DNA from: Bigelowiella natans CCMP2755 | Taxonomy: Eukaryota > Protista > Cercozoa | Length of the DNA stretch: 64,000 bases | Assembly: GCA_000320545.1 (NCBI GenBank) | Contig: ADNK01002546.1 | Coordinates: 64,924-128,923, forward strand | Direction of reading: 5' to 3' | Part shown: positions 13,610 through 26,536 of the stretch, one piece after another | How the letters are laid out: every line of letters starts with the position of its first letter | Position numbering within the stretch: position 1 is the stretch's first letter | The notes under the pieces: generated by a model | Databases searched by the model: none | What the model was told of the DNA's origin: nothing | Seen by the model: the letters and a program-made list of their open reading frames with translations, nothing else | Program-made: the position numbers and the translations under genes

Positions 13610-14638
13610 GGGAGGCCGAGAACAAGAGAGATTTCCACTCGTGCATGTTTCAAAGTCTGCTAATACACGAGTCATCTTTGCTCGCAGCTCGCATATTAGA
13701 ATACATCTCTCGATGCAATCATACCACAGTGGTTGCTGCTGCTGGCTGCTGCTGCTCCTTCACGTATTCCTCTCCATTTAAATGAAAATCAGGCGCTCTG
13801 CTTGCGGACGGACTTGGCGATACGATTCGTGTGTCACTCACCGAAGTAACAAAAACAAGGCCCACTTGTCCCCCCCCCCCCGCCCCTCCCCCCATTACCT
13901 TTCCCCCCCCCCCTTTCTGCGCCTACTAGATAGATGATACTATATAGAGGATACGCGCCGCGCACACGTCCGCAAACGCGCATCGTTGCGGGGCATCCGT
14001 ACACCCCATTATGCCAGAGAACGAGCGTGGATTTATAAACAACTGTTTGGCAGGATCCCCACCTCGAAATTGCGCCGTGTAAAACCCTTCGTTCCATCGC
14101 TGAGAAGCGCTATACACGGTCGGTCCGCAGCCATTGACATTTTAGTTTTGTTTTGGCTATAGCTCTACTCGTGTTTGGTAGATACGGTGGGGGCGCTCTA
14201 CACACACGCATGTAAAGAAACAGCACACAAACACACGCACACACATACAAACACACACTCACACCATTAACACACATGAACATAATACCGACGCTGTCAT
14301 CTTCGCCTTAGCGTATTCGACTTTTGATATAACCGCCGTCCTCCTCACGCTTGAATCACTATCATCATCGCCTTCATCACCATCATCATTTGTCTCATAT
14401 AACGAAACAGGGGCGAGGACACCATAACTCCAAAATGGAAGGAGGAATTTAGAAATTGGCAGAGTTACGCAAGGCGAGAATCTGATCTTCCAGAGCAGAA
14501 AGAAGGCGATAAGGTCCTCGCCGCATAACGACATGTGCGCATGCATATTAACGTCTACACACGCACACACGCACAAACACGCATACTCTATGGTATATAT
14601 TCATCAGAAGAAATATGAAATATGATCTTTCGAGCATC

Positions 14639-14676
<38 letters not shown>

Positions 14677-16323
14677 TACTTACACACACAAGCACCCACT
14701 TGTATCTATATGAGCACACGCCGCAGGTCCAAACCCCAATACAGATTTACTTACACATCCATTGATAAAACCACCACCACAATTCAACCATCTGATAGCT
14801 ACTGTTCCAGGTTGATTTCCGCGGCGTCTTGCACCGCGACGGCTCAGTATTCAGTGTGGTAATACTAACAATAAGACTTTGCAGTGACTTGGCAGTAACG
14901 CACATGTAAAGTGGCGTGATGAGAATGCGAGAGAAGTTTCCTCCCCTCAGCATGAAGAGAAAACCGAGATGCACACTACTACTCGCGAATATAGATCACT
15001 TTTCCTTCGGCCCTCGCATTGTCTGATGACGTTATATTCCTCTCGTTATCGAAACGTGATAGATCTCCCCGGAAATGCTTCGAGACGAGCCGGGTCTCTA
15101 CGATGCCCTCGGTTGCAAGCTTGTCCTTGGCCTTCCTTTCAAGGTCAGATAGATGTCACACACTGAAAGAAATTCAGCCAAATCCCAACGAAATGGCGAG
15201 CATGCGTGTGCGTGCGTGCGTGCGTGTGTGCGCGTATGCCTATCTTTCGCGTGGCCAGCACGGAGAGCGTTCAAAAAGTGTGTTTTTGTTGTGCTCTGCA
15301 GGACATTGCAACGTCAGACTCGATTCTCCTCACCTCCGTCCCTGCGAAGGACGACTCTGCCGCTTGGCAAACGCTCAAGCGCCTTCAGGAGGTGGAGATA
15401 TGTTTTTTTTCCTTATTCGTTTCTGTTCTCCGCGTGCGTAGATGCGCGCGCGTGCGTGTGCGCGCCGTTTCGCGCATGTGCAAGCGGTTTTCAATTGCCT
15501 TTTGTCTTTTGTTTAGCGTTACGATTAAAAATACCCTAGCTGTATGCTGATCGAATCTTTAATCGCAAAGCATTTTTTTTTGAATTTGGTAAATTGGGTC
15601 AAAATGATTGCACACGTGCAGGGGAACATGGGCGTTCTCGTCAAGGAGGCCGATTTGCGCCAGAACGAGGTGCCTAACAGCGTGCAGGTCTCGGCGCTGA
15701 AAGACCTCCAAGCAGGTAACCGATAGTAGCTTTTCTCGACTGTTTAGTGGCGTGGGGGCATCATCCCCCGCCCATTCATTGGCCTGTTCAAATCGATACG
15801 CATTTCGATGCAATGGCGAGGGAAACGAGGTTGGGGGTAGCGCGCTTCCGTGGTGGCACCTGGTACTTATTACGTTTCTGTTGTTTGCATCGTCGGTGTT
15901 ATGTAAAGGGGACAACGCTTTATTTGGCGGGGCCGAGCGTCTTGCTGTGGAGATCACTGGTGATGAATCAGAGGTCGGTTGCGTGGAGCGTTTTGCGCGT
16001 GCACGGACGGCGCATATACAGCGAGGCGGTGTTGCAGTAGCGCGTGTTTCTTCGGTGTCTTCGTGTGGAAATGGTTCCGAATTTTAACTGTTTTATTATC
16101 GTCGAGGCTCAGAGAGATAAGTTACAAAAGTACCCAGAGGGGGGGGGATATGCTCATCGATTGCATTTGCCTTGATGTTTTCGAATGCCAATGGCTTGTC
16201 AGGAGGACCTTGCAAAGCTCGCGTCGATCTCTCCCCCCCCCGTCGTCGCCATCTTGAACCCCAGCCCTGATGCAAGCAGGGTGCACGCCTCGAGAAGGGT
16301 AGTGCATGTGTTTGTGTGCGTAT

Positions 16324-16361
<38 letters not shown>

Positions 16362-16706
16362 CGCTGTGCTTTTCCGCCGAGTCATGGTAGTTGTGCGGTA
16401 TGAGAATGCGAGTGTGTGTTTCCCCTCTCCCTTTGCAGGTATTTGATAATATTCAGAAGATCGGTTCCAAGATCCCAGTTGTCCATTACTTTGCGACAAA
16501 CGGACTTGAGACGAAAGAGAAGATGGTAACGGGGGGCTTTAGAGTTAGGGGGGGGGGGGGGGGGGCGAGGGAAGAAGAGATTGTAGAGAGAAGTATGCCG
16601 AGTCGTTCGTTGCTGATGAAGAGGATAGTGATGATGATGATGCAGATGATGATGATGATGATGAGAACGACGATAACAGTTTAGAACAGGGAAAAGGAGG
16701 TTAACC

Positions 16707-16741
<35 letters not shown>

Positions 16742-17281
16742 ATATGTATATACCTGCACGTGTTGTGTTGCAATGATGCATTTTCAGGTTCTTGAGCTGG
16801 GTTCGGATGCAGGCGCCTTACTTGTCGATGGGTCAGTTAAGAGAATTCTCCTTGCGTTTGAGCAGCAGAGGAGGAGGAGCAAGAAAAAAAGGGGGGGGGG
16901 GGGGGGCTCTAGTAGCTTTAGAATGTGAGCGTGTTTGTCTTTGCCATTGTCCTAACCGTTAAAGGCGTTTTTTTTGGGATAACATGTGCTGACTTGACTT
17001 CGGTTCTCTCTTCCTTTTTCTCTTCCTCTCTCTATCTCTTTCTCTCTCTCTCCCTCTGTTTCTATTTGCGCATATCGTTCGCAGGTATGGCGACGGTGCA
17101 ATCGTAGGTCCAAACTGGCACCTTGAGGAAAAGCCTTTGATCAATGCCCCTGAGGGCGAGCAGAAGTTTGATCTTAGCTACTTGAAAAGTACGGCCTTCG
17201 GTTTGCTTCAAGGCTCGAGGATGAGGTTGGCTATGTGTTGTGTGTGTATAAATGTGTATGTGAGTGTGTGTGTTTGTGTTT

Positions 17282-17313
<32 letters not shown>

Positions 17314-17480
17314 GAGACAGAGAGAGAGAGAGGAGGTTAGAGGGGTAGGGAACAGTTTTGAATTTTACTGGTAAAATATTCATGTTTGCGATGACTTTTT
17401 GAGGTTGAAACGACCGGTGTGTAAGTATTTATCAGTCCTTGCATTCCGACGTATGTGCGTGTTTGCGTATTTATAATCAT

Positions 17481-17519
<39 letters not shown>

Positions 17520-18036
17520 GCATGCCTCTTTCATGTTCTTAATTGCATATGCATTGGCTGGAGCACATATATGCTATGTACCTGTCAGGAGCACCAAGAC
17601 CGAGTTTGTCTCATGCCCATCTTGCGGCCGCACCCTCTTCGATCTGCAGGAGACCACGCAGGTAGTTCTTGCTTCGTTGAGATGGAGGGGGGGGGAGGAA
17701 GTTGGCGATGAACGAGCGAAGGAGCGATCAAACGAGGAGAAGGAGGAAATGGGAGTGAAGTTAAAGATAAAACGCTCAGTTTAGTCTGAATAATAATATA
17801 CATATTATTATACATATCTATATTTATATATGTTATATTATATATATTTGTTGGTATGTGTATTGTACAATTCCAGCAATGTGAAACAGCACGATCATGT
17901 GTGTGATTAGGCCATCGCTGAGCGCACTGGCCACCTTCCCGGAGTTGCCATTGCTGTTATGGGTGAGGAGGATCTCCATGCCTGATTGCTAACACAGACC
18001 ATTCGTTACAAAGTGTTGATCATCACGGCTTTTCAC

Positions 18037-18092
<56 letters not shown>

Positions 18093-18314
18093 TATATTTA
18101 TATTCATTTGAATATCAGGTTGCATCGTAAACGGTCCCGGGGAAATGGCCGATGCCGACTTCGGTATGTGTGAGCAGTAGTAGCATTCGTTGGGGGGCTG
18201 GGGGGGGGGGAGCAAGCCATGCTGCAGGAAAAAAAGCATATCGCAAAACACGATGTGGAGGATTTATGCGGAATCAATAATGCATCTTTGCTATAAAAAA
18301 ATTTATTGCAATAA

Positions 18315-18354
<40 letters not shown>

Positions 18355-18508
18355 TGATATATATCTGTATCTCAACATGTACGCCTACATTTGCGCGTGT
18401 GTGATTGAATGGTTGTTTGTTTGTTATAACCGTTAGGATATGTTGGAGGGGCACCAGGAAAAGTGGACTTATACCTTGGCAAGGTGATGGCGTGTTATGT
18501 ACAGCATG

Positions 18509-18570
<62 letters not shown>

Positions 18571-19096
18571 ATGTACTATATATTTCATATTAACACATTA
18601 CTTTTGAATATTGCGTGGCGATTCGAAGAGTGTATGTGTTACATCGGGGCTAGCTGTTTGCTATGTGACTGGTATGGTATGCATCGGCGATAATATGTTG
18701 TTTTGTGGCCTCTTCTAAACGCAGGAAATGGTGAAGAAAGGAATCCCTAATGCTGAGGCATGTGATGCTCTCATTGAGCTAATTAAGGTGTGTGGATATC
18801 GCCTTAGTTTTGTGTGTGCGGGGCTCTGAGTCGGTTGCGTCGGCGCGGAGTATTAATTTAGATGTTATGGTTTATTACGCATGTGTGTATGTGTGTATCT
18901 GCGTGTGTGTGTGTGTGTGCGCGCGCGCGCGCGCAATGCTTATACGTGTTTATGTTCTTGTATGCATATGTGAGTTGAAAACTCTGTTTCTAAGCCGACA
19001 ACTAAGTTATTTCTTCTGAGTGAATGCCATTCGTTTGCTAGGAGCATGGGCGTTGGGTTGAGCCTGAGCCTAAGGTGTGCAACTACACGTACATAT

Positions 19097-19149
<53 letters not shown>

Positions 19150-19150
19150 C

Positions 19151-19190
<40 letters not shown>

Positions 19191-19346
19191 GACACTTCCA
19201 TGCTAGCATTGCAAAACAAAACACAGGTATGCCACAAGAAGATATGAAGCTTCGAGACGGTTTTCTTACTTTTCCTTCTATCCCGTGCATCTGCCCAGGA
19301 GGACTTGAGTGCAAGCAAGGAGGCTGTTGGAGCGGCTTCTGCATGA
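8607..19346 (+). CDS. ispG: (E)-4-hydroxy-3-methylbut-2-enyl diphosphate synthase (IspG/GcpE/HDS), plant-type long form, plastid-targeted; 35 exons, about 789 aa
   Basis: Exons: 8607-8703, 8915-8962, 9142-9215, 9326-9369, 9644-9685, 10025-10088, 10457-10504, 10709-10760, 11059-11129, 11440-11478, 11685-11736, 11947-12052, 12216-12298, 12685-12788, 12946-13021, 13390-13431, 13793-13845, 14054-14118, 14411-14513, 14811-14858, 15063-15143, 15302-15391, 15622-15715, 15909-15973, 16203-16298, 16439-16525, 16788-16831, 17085-17225, 17589-17661, 17911-17962, 18119-18163, 18437-18483, 18725-18787, 19042-19074, 19299-19346 (sum 2370 nt, all GT-AG). Motifs: [52 protein letters not shown], and the Fe-S ligands in SCPSCGR and [10 protein letters not shown]. 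Confidence 0.97.
9439..9540. repeat. Representative compound intronic microsatellite (CA)n-(TA)n; similar (TA)n, (CA/TG)n, (GA/TC)n, poly-G/C and (CAT)n tracts occur in most introns of the window
   Basis: Directly visible dinucleotide runs, e.g. about 5516-5580 (GA)n, about 13329-13365 (TG)n, and 19097-19188 (TA)(TG)(GA). Confidence 0.95.
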
Positions 19347-19539
19347 AACGGACAATTGAAGAGCAGCACGACAATTCTAGGAGGAAGAGAAAATGTCTCT
19401 ACTAGACCATGATTTGTCGGCGTTTATTCGTAGGCTTACGGCTATCTAGCTATATTCAACCATGATGATGACATATAGCACATCTTTACTTTGCTTTAAT
19501 AAACAAAAGCGATATTCTCGGTGAGAACATGGGTGTACC

Positions 19540-21220
19540 CATTGTACAATGCTACTCTCGGCGTCTTGTGTTTGGTTTGGCGCCAGGCAACCAAGCAACG
19601 CAAAGATGATTCGCTGTCAGAAAGTGTCATTCATTCGTGTGCGGACGATCTAGCGATGTCTTGGTGTGCCGTTCATTTGTGTGTTGTTTGATGTCGGGGC
19701 GCACGTCACTTCGGCGCATGCATTGCGACATGGAATCACGTTTTTTGTTAGTGTCACACAAGGAGCACCCGCCTTCATGAGTCTCCAAAGCGATATGTCT
19801 AGCTGTACGTTGAATGGCGCCACCACAAAGCGCAATATAATAGCAATGCAGCGGGCTTGAAGTTTAAGGGAGACGACCCGTCTGTCCTAGTGCCGAAACA
19901 TTTATAAAATAACAAGAAATGAGAGCAGTAAACATGTGCTTGCTTGCCAATATCCCCAGAGTTCCACGTGTGTGCTTTGGTAACTTTTCATTTTGTTGCG
20001 GCAGCGTGCATTTTGCTCCGTGCGCTCTTCGCTGATGGCCATCACCGCTTTCTGGACCCCGTCTCATCCTAGCATCCTTCGCAGATCGACCAAATCGACG
20101 CACACTTTTTGGTCTAGCAGCGCAGCGAGTTCTTGTTCAATTTCGGATCCTTTTGCAGATTCCGAACTGTGATGATCAGCGCTTCAGGGAGGTGTCAAAC
20201 GTTTTCCTCAAAAAGTGCCCAAATTTGAAAACAAATTTGGGCACTTTCTAGTGAAGAAATACACTAGTACATTCAACAATGCTAGATTGTGCGTGACAGT
20301 TGTCGTGTTATGTCTGATGAAGATGGTTGGCACCCGCCTTGAAGCTCAGATCAAGATGCTTCTGAATCTGCAAAAAAAAAACGAAATTGGACACAAATTC
20401 GCTACGCCAGACCAAAAAGTGCGCGCGCAATTTGTCACAATCAAGACATTGTGCATGCCAGTGCACATCAATGTTAGCTGTGAGCGTGCGTACTTGCATG
20501 TGCATGGCATTGATGATGGTTTGTGCTAAGTGTGGATGACTATGCATTTTTTGATGCTGTCATGCACATGTCACATTTGTGCATACTTCTGCGCCATGGT
20601 CGATTTCATTTGGCAGCGCGTGCGCACGCGTACACGCCAAGCGTCCGCGCTGCAATGAGCGAACGTGGGTGTAGGGGAAAGCAGCATGGTGTGCAAATTC
20701 ATCAAAAAATGATGCAACCCCAACGCGGAGTTCTTGAGTTAGGAAAAACTGTGATTGGGTCATTTTGAAGAGCGCAACCACGGCGTTCGATTGCGCCCAA
20801 CCTCAGCTCCAACCGACATCTGGTTGCCGAGAAAACTCATTTTTTGTGAAAATGCGCGCGTTTGAGCAAGTTGTGATTGGACCGATTGAAGCTAGGAATG
20901 CAACTAATAACGTTCTCATATTAATGACCAGCTAGCCAGGCGCATACGCGACGAAACAAACAGCTTGGCATCATTGGAGTCGAAAAGGGCACGTCGTTCG
21001 TATATTTATACATTCAATGACATTTTATGAACCATCAGATAGGAGCAAATGATGACCATTGCCTCGCGACACTTCAGAATTCCAAGATTGGGCAGGACAT
21101 CCTTGACACCTTTGCAAATCAAGAATCGAGTCACAAACACACAACGTCCTTTCGCTGCAAACTCACACCTGCACAGAGTGCGCATGGCAACACCCGCGTT
21201 TCTGTCTACTTGTGGTTATA
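19540..21220. other. Intergenic TpA-depleted island 2 (patchy) between the convergent ispG and DNA methyltransferase 3' ends
   Basis: About 6 non-CTA/TAG TpA in 19985-20900, none in about 19560-19790 or about 21041-21215, with short TA-normal patches in between. Confidence 0.7.
20091..20434. mobile_element. Degenerate foldback/MITE-like element with about 120-bp imperfect inverted arms and an internal perfect hairpin
   Basis: The left arm 20091-20210 (caaatcgacgcacactttttggtctagc...ttttgcagattc...) matches the reverse complement of about 20316-20434 (...gaatctgcaaaa...agaccaaaaagtgcgcgcgcaatttg). A perfect 16-bp stem aaagtgcccaaatttg/caaatttgggcacttt lies at 20212-20247. Confidence 0.7.
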
Positions 21221-21722
21221 CATTCAAAAGCTACGCACCTCGTCCTACATGCAAGAAGCGGCACTCGCCGTCCCAAGGGCATATGCGAGTGTGCTGAAAC
21301 CAAGTACACTCGACTTTACCATATGTAAACACGACTGCTTGAGCAGGCTTGGGCTCGAATAAACGGCCTGGACAAAAAAAAGAACGCGTATGCATCTATC
21401 AATTAGCCTTCGCCTCAGTGCAAAGCAAAAAGGCGTTTTCCCAACACAACCCAGATCTAACACAAAACCAAGCAAAATCCCCCTTCTGCAGAGCGCGCAC
21501 GAGTGAAGGTCGTTTTCAAGGGCCCCGCCCGTTGCCTCGAAAGGAAAAGAGCAGTGGCTTCATAGCAGGGTTCATTCAGCCATCGATTTAACCAAAACGA
21601 ATGTGACTGTTCTGTTCGAATGGAAGCAAATACCTCCCGTTGATGAGGAGAGGCATCTCACAATCGTCCTTTCTAAATCGGTGTGTCGTTCTGCTGGAAT
21701 GCCTCGAAATAAGCTGAGTAAG

Positions 21723-22062
21723 CTAGCACCTACTCCTGAGAAATCGTACAAGAATCTCCTTACTCAAACATTCGTTGTGACTTGTAGCAAACCGTTGAAA
21801 ATAAACTAGGAAGAAATTTGCATATGCATCGTGGGTCGCGGTACAGGACAACAACATCATCAAACGATATTCTCACTTCAAGGTAGAATTATGACATATA
21901 GCATATGACATATGACAAGACCGCATTGAGCGGCATGATCACCCAATAAACCGATGAATGAGCATGACGTTTACTTACCAGCATCTAAATTAGGCCGAGG
22001 AAAGTTTCTTCTCTCTGCAAATTTTAAACGAGAAGATGGATATGTGAATAAAGAATACGAAT

Positions 22063-22096
<34 letters not shown>

Positions 22097-22631
22097 GCAC
22101 AGATAGATACACACACTATATCTGCCTCTCCAGCGCACACTTTCAGCAAATAACCATGCCGTCTGACGAACGCGACATCGTGAAAATACCGACCTTCATG
22201 CTTGGTAAACATCTTTTCGAGACGGGTTTTAAACTGAGCCTCCAGACGTGTCAATGTGGCGGCCTTCGTACGCTGCCCTGCGCAAGTATACGCTCATAAT
22301 TAACCCACCTGCCTACACGTATCAAACCACCATTCCACCTAGCAAACCGCAGGGCATCTCTCATACCCTTTTCATGCCAAAATGCCTCGAGCATTGCCCC
22401 TCCAACCAAGGTTATCTGTATTCAGTAGAATGATGGAAACAACTCACATACAAGGAAGTTGTGCGGGTCCGAGGCGCTTGCGCAAGAGTACCATTGGCGG
22501 CGAGACGGCGTTTCCGAACAAAGACGCCATTGGGCAATCGCTGTATGATAATACCATGAGATTCATCTGCATTAACATCTAGGCAGCCAAATCATCATCA
22601 TTATTGATGCAATTTAAAATATGTACAAAAT

Positions 22632-22675
<44 letters not shown>

Positions 22676-24615
22676 TTAAAGATATATATTGCGATTATAT
22701 ATGCCGATGTTTACCGGTGGTATTCCTTAATGAGCTTAAAATCCTCTGGAAATCCTTGCAACCGAGCGCACTCGCGGCCTTTCAGAGACGATGTAGAGTA
22801 ACATGAGTTTTATAGACTTATAGCGTATACAAGCTAAATACAAGCTCACGCATATCATAAATACATCGGGATTTCGAAACTATTCCTTTCGATTTCATTG
22901 AAACGGCATAACGACCCAATTTAGCAGACTCTTAGAACACAGCATACCGATACAATCAGACTACGACCTACAGGTAAGATAGCAGAGCTAAATGCTATTC
23001 TTATACCAGAGAAAAACCGGGGTTTGGGAGCAGCTTTCCCCTCTCCGTCCGATCGCTGCTTCTTGCTCGCAGCGGCAGCACTACTGGGAGCACAGGACGT
23101 TGTAGCAGAATGGCGCTCAGGAGCATTCGTCACCGGAACGAGTAGCTTCAGTCGTTGCTGTGTGTTGCGGAAGTGCCTCTTCCCCGCAGCCTTGCCCTGC
23201 GGCGCGGCAGCATCGAGGCGACTATCAAATCATGAAAACGAAGCTCCGCAAGAGAAATGAGCGCGCGCGACCGAATTCGGCGAGGGAGAAGCAAATGGCC
23301 CCGAGACACAAACCGACAGTGCTACGCCGTTTGAAAAAGAAAGAACGAAAGGAATAGCAGCCCTGGCGCGAGAGGGTTGCGCCGCTCCTATGCATCACAT
23401 ATAGGCTATAGCCCCAACGACAGGCGATTTGGTAGCTAATTGCGAGGAAAAACTACAAAATGCTCGATTTTGTTGGAACGAATTTCCAAGCGAAATTCGC
23501 CCCGAAATCGATGGAAACGCGAGGGAAATCATAGCGTCAGCTTACTCCATTTTCCTTCGCAAAAATGGGCGCGTCGCTCTGTATTTAACATGACTCACCC
23601 CATGCCGTCGATAGCTCTTTGTTAAAGTACCTGCCGGTGGCACGAGAAAGTATGAGAAAGAATAACGAGAAATTGTGCGATTTGTTGGAAAGTCGGCGAG
23701 GGGGTAATATGCTCTTTGCACTTGGCAAACGAGATCTCGAGGAGGCGCGTTGGCGGACAAGATCTCTTCAACGCAGCCTCCTGTCAATGTTTTCAAAAGG
23801 AAGTTCTCTGTTCTCTCTGATGATGTTTCTTCGTTATTCGTTTTGTGCACGTCTTCATGCTTCTATGTAATCGTGATATTGACACGTGCCGCTGATAGCA
23901 TCGAAGGTGTACTTGCGGGTTCTAAGTTCTCCACGAGATAAGCAGACGCGGGTGCTGCCTAGAAACACGCGTGGGGAAAAAACCTCAAGAACGTGCATGT
24001 TGGTAAAATGCCGGCGCACGCATCGTGGGCATTCTAGCCATCTCTCTTCAACTTGAATTACCTCCAATCGGGCCTCCCATTGCGAATCGTCCAAGATCAA
24101 ATGTTTTAGCATGCTTTCGGCGCATTTATCATCTTGGAGAATCTGACCGACACCTTCGTGTGCATTTTAAGCGTCTGTTTGCGTTTTTTAAGGCACTATG
24201 CCTACCCCTCTCCTCTCGGTCTCTCGCTCTTGTATCTCTCTCTAATCCGGCGGCCTCGCATATCAGTAAACACAGAGCCTTGTACATAGCGCCTCTCATA
24301 TGAATAACACATACACCTATAGAACGTCGCACGTGTTATTCGCGTCTTACCTCTCCTAAGGACGGGTACCCTAGGAAACCGAAAACGCTTGCAAGCCTCT
24401 TCAAACTTCGCCATAATCTACATATTCCAAGAAACATGCCCATGAGCGCACATACGTGTTACTGGCGTGTGGCGCGGCAGCAATGCTCTGGTGTTTCAAT
24501 ACTACTTACTCCGACTATATAGAGCCTTTTCCTCTCCTGAGGCAGGATGGTTTTCGAGTCTAAGACCGCGGATGAGACGCTGTAGCTGCGGAAAATGGGA
24601 TATGGAACTTGTGTT

Positions 24616-24656
<41 letters not shown>

Positions 24657-24893
24657 TTGCATATTATATAATAATATCACATAAATACTGTGTTGATAAA
24701 TATGAATATATTATATATCTTGTTGGAGTACCCACAGTCCTGAAGATTGTCCACAATTATCTCGAAAACAGCCTCCTTCTCTCCTAAATACGAACATAAT
24801 TGCTGCTAAGAGAAGACCATTGATTTACGAAATAAATTATCATCAAATGCAAGCATGTGGACCAATAATATATACAATTAAATAAATATATAA

Positions 24894-24925
<32 letters not shown>

Positions 24926-24995
24926 CATTAAAATACATAGAATAATTATATAAGCACAGCAACACGTACGTCTAGATAGAGATATCAGGAAAGTT

Positions 24996-25038
<43 letters not shown>

Positions 25039-26076
25039 GGAGAAAGAGAGAGACGACGTCAATAATAGAAACACGATAAAATGCAATATCTATGCGTACT
25101 ACTACCATCTTCGTTCTTCATCGAAGTAGACAGAAGCCCCTGGAGCACCGACGCACACCAAAAGGAATGGCAGCACAAAACAAACGCAACGATTGAGGCG
25201 AAGCGAAAATCCGATTGAGGCAAAGCGAGCACAGCCATGGTGAAACACACAGCCCACTTAGCATATCTAATCCCGAAACAAACGCTTTTTTTTTTCAATG
25301 CCCATTTTATGCTGTTTATAGAGTCCTTGCTAGCCATAGCAGTATGCGTGTATGCACAAGGAAAGCAGATGAAATAACAAGATCAATCAGGCGTGCTACA
25401 TGCATGCGATTCTCTCTGTCTGCCGTCGCGGAGTCATACCGGCACGTTCTCCAACAGAAACCTGTGGTAGAGACAAAGAACACATCGACGTGAAAGACTC
25501 GTATACTTATATTACGCGGTTGGGTGACTATGTGGATGGTTGCTTGTATTTGTATGTGTTTGTGTGTGTTTGTGCGTAAAAGCGAAACTTGAAGAGAGTA
25601 GCACAAGCGCATCAAAACTGCCATCAATGCATATCTCGTTGATGCAATGATGCCGTGTGTTTCGTAAGACCTCCAATCGAAATAGTTGTATCAGCAACAT
25701 GCTCGCAGAGACCAATTGTGGACTAAAACTCGCACCGAATTCCACGTTCACTTCGGCTGTTTTTTTGGATCAATCGCTACGATTGTGGCGTTGTGAATTA
25801 CATTGGAGGCTTCTTTGCTTTCAGTACTCGGACGATTTCGAGAAATAAATTTCCTGAGATTAGCGTATTCTCACCACTAAATCCATTGGATGGGCGTGCT
25901 ACGAATGACCAGGGGTGTGGTGAATTTGTACCTCTATTCTTCGCATCGTCAAGGCCTGGCTGAGCGCCAAGTCTTGAAAATGGCTGACAAGGAAACCCTG
26001 CAAGATGTTTCCCAAAAAAACACGAATCCACTCAACTCGCATACTAATTACCATACTTGTTCATAATGCCTCAATA

Positions 26077-26115
<39 letters not shown>

Positions 26116-26490
26116 ATGCGATGAGATATCCATGCTCATCACCTGCTGTAAGAATGTCGTGGGGTGGGATCGTGGCAGCATCCACTTTCCGGATATCTGA
26201 ACAATTTGCAGTAAGGCTGAACGCTCAAAAGCCAAAAGGACGGACGGCCCTGCTAGTTGTTTACTTCACACGCTTTGTATATCAACATGTAGTGTGCCTT
26301 TTGACCGACTTTTCGCAAGTTGCCGTTTCTTCCTCCGTACTCCTTTGTTCTTGTTATCGAATTGGCAAGTGGTAGTGCTTGATGCTGCTCCTTTCTCGTG
26401 GCCTCGGCTTTGTGGTGTCTTTTCTGGGAAGTTTTCCGTATAACACTTCCGAGCCTGCAACGAGACAGGGGTTTGGAAGGAGAGAGAGAG

Positions 26491-26536
<46 letters not shown>

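Noticed and set aside
8704-19298. Introner-type mobile introns as the source of the intron density
   Set aside because: I saw no shared non-SSR sequence or terminal repeats between introns by eye.
20212-20268. Hairpin followed by CTAG|T, resembling a Helitron 3' end
   Set aside because: The hairpin is internal to a larger inverted-repeat element, and CTAG is common throughout these islands.
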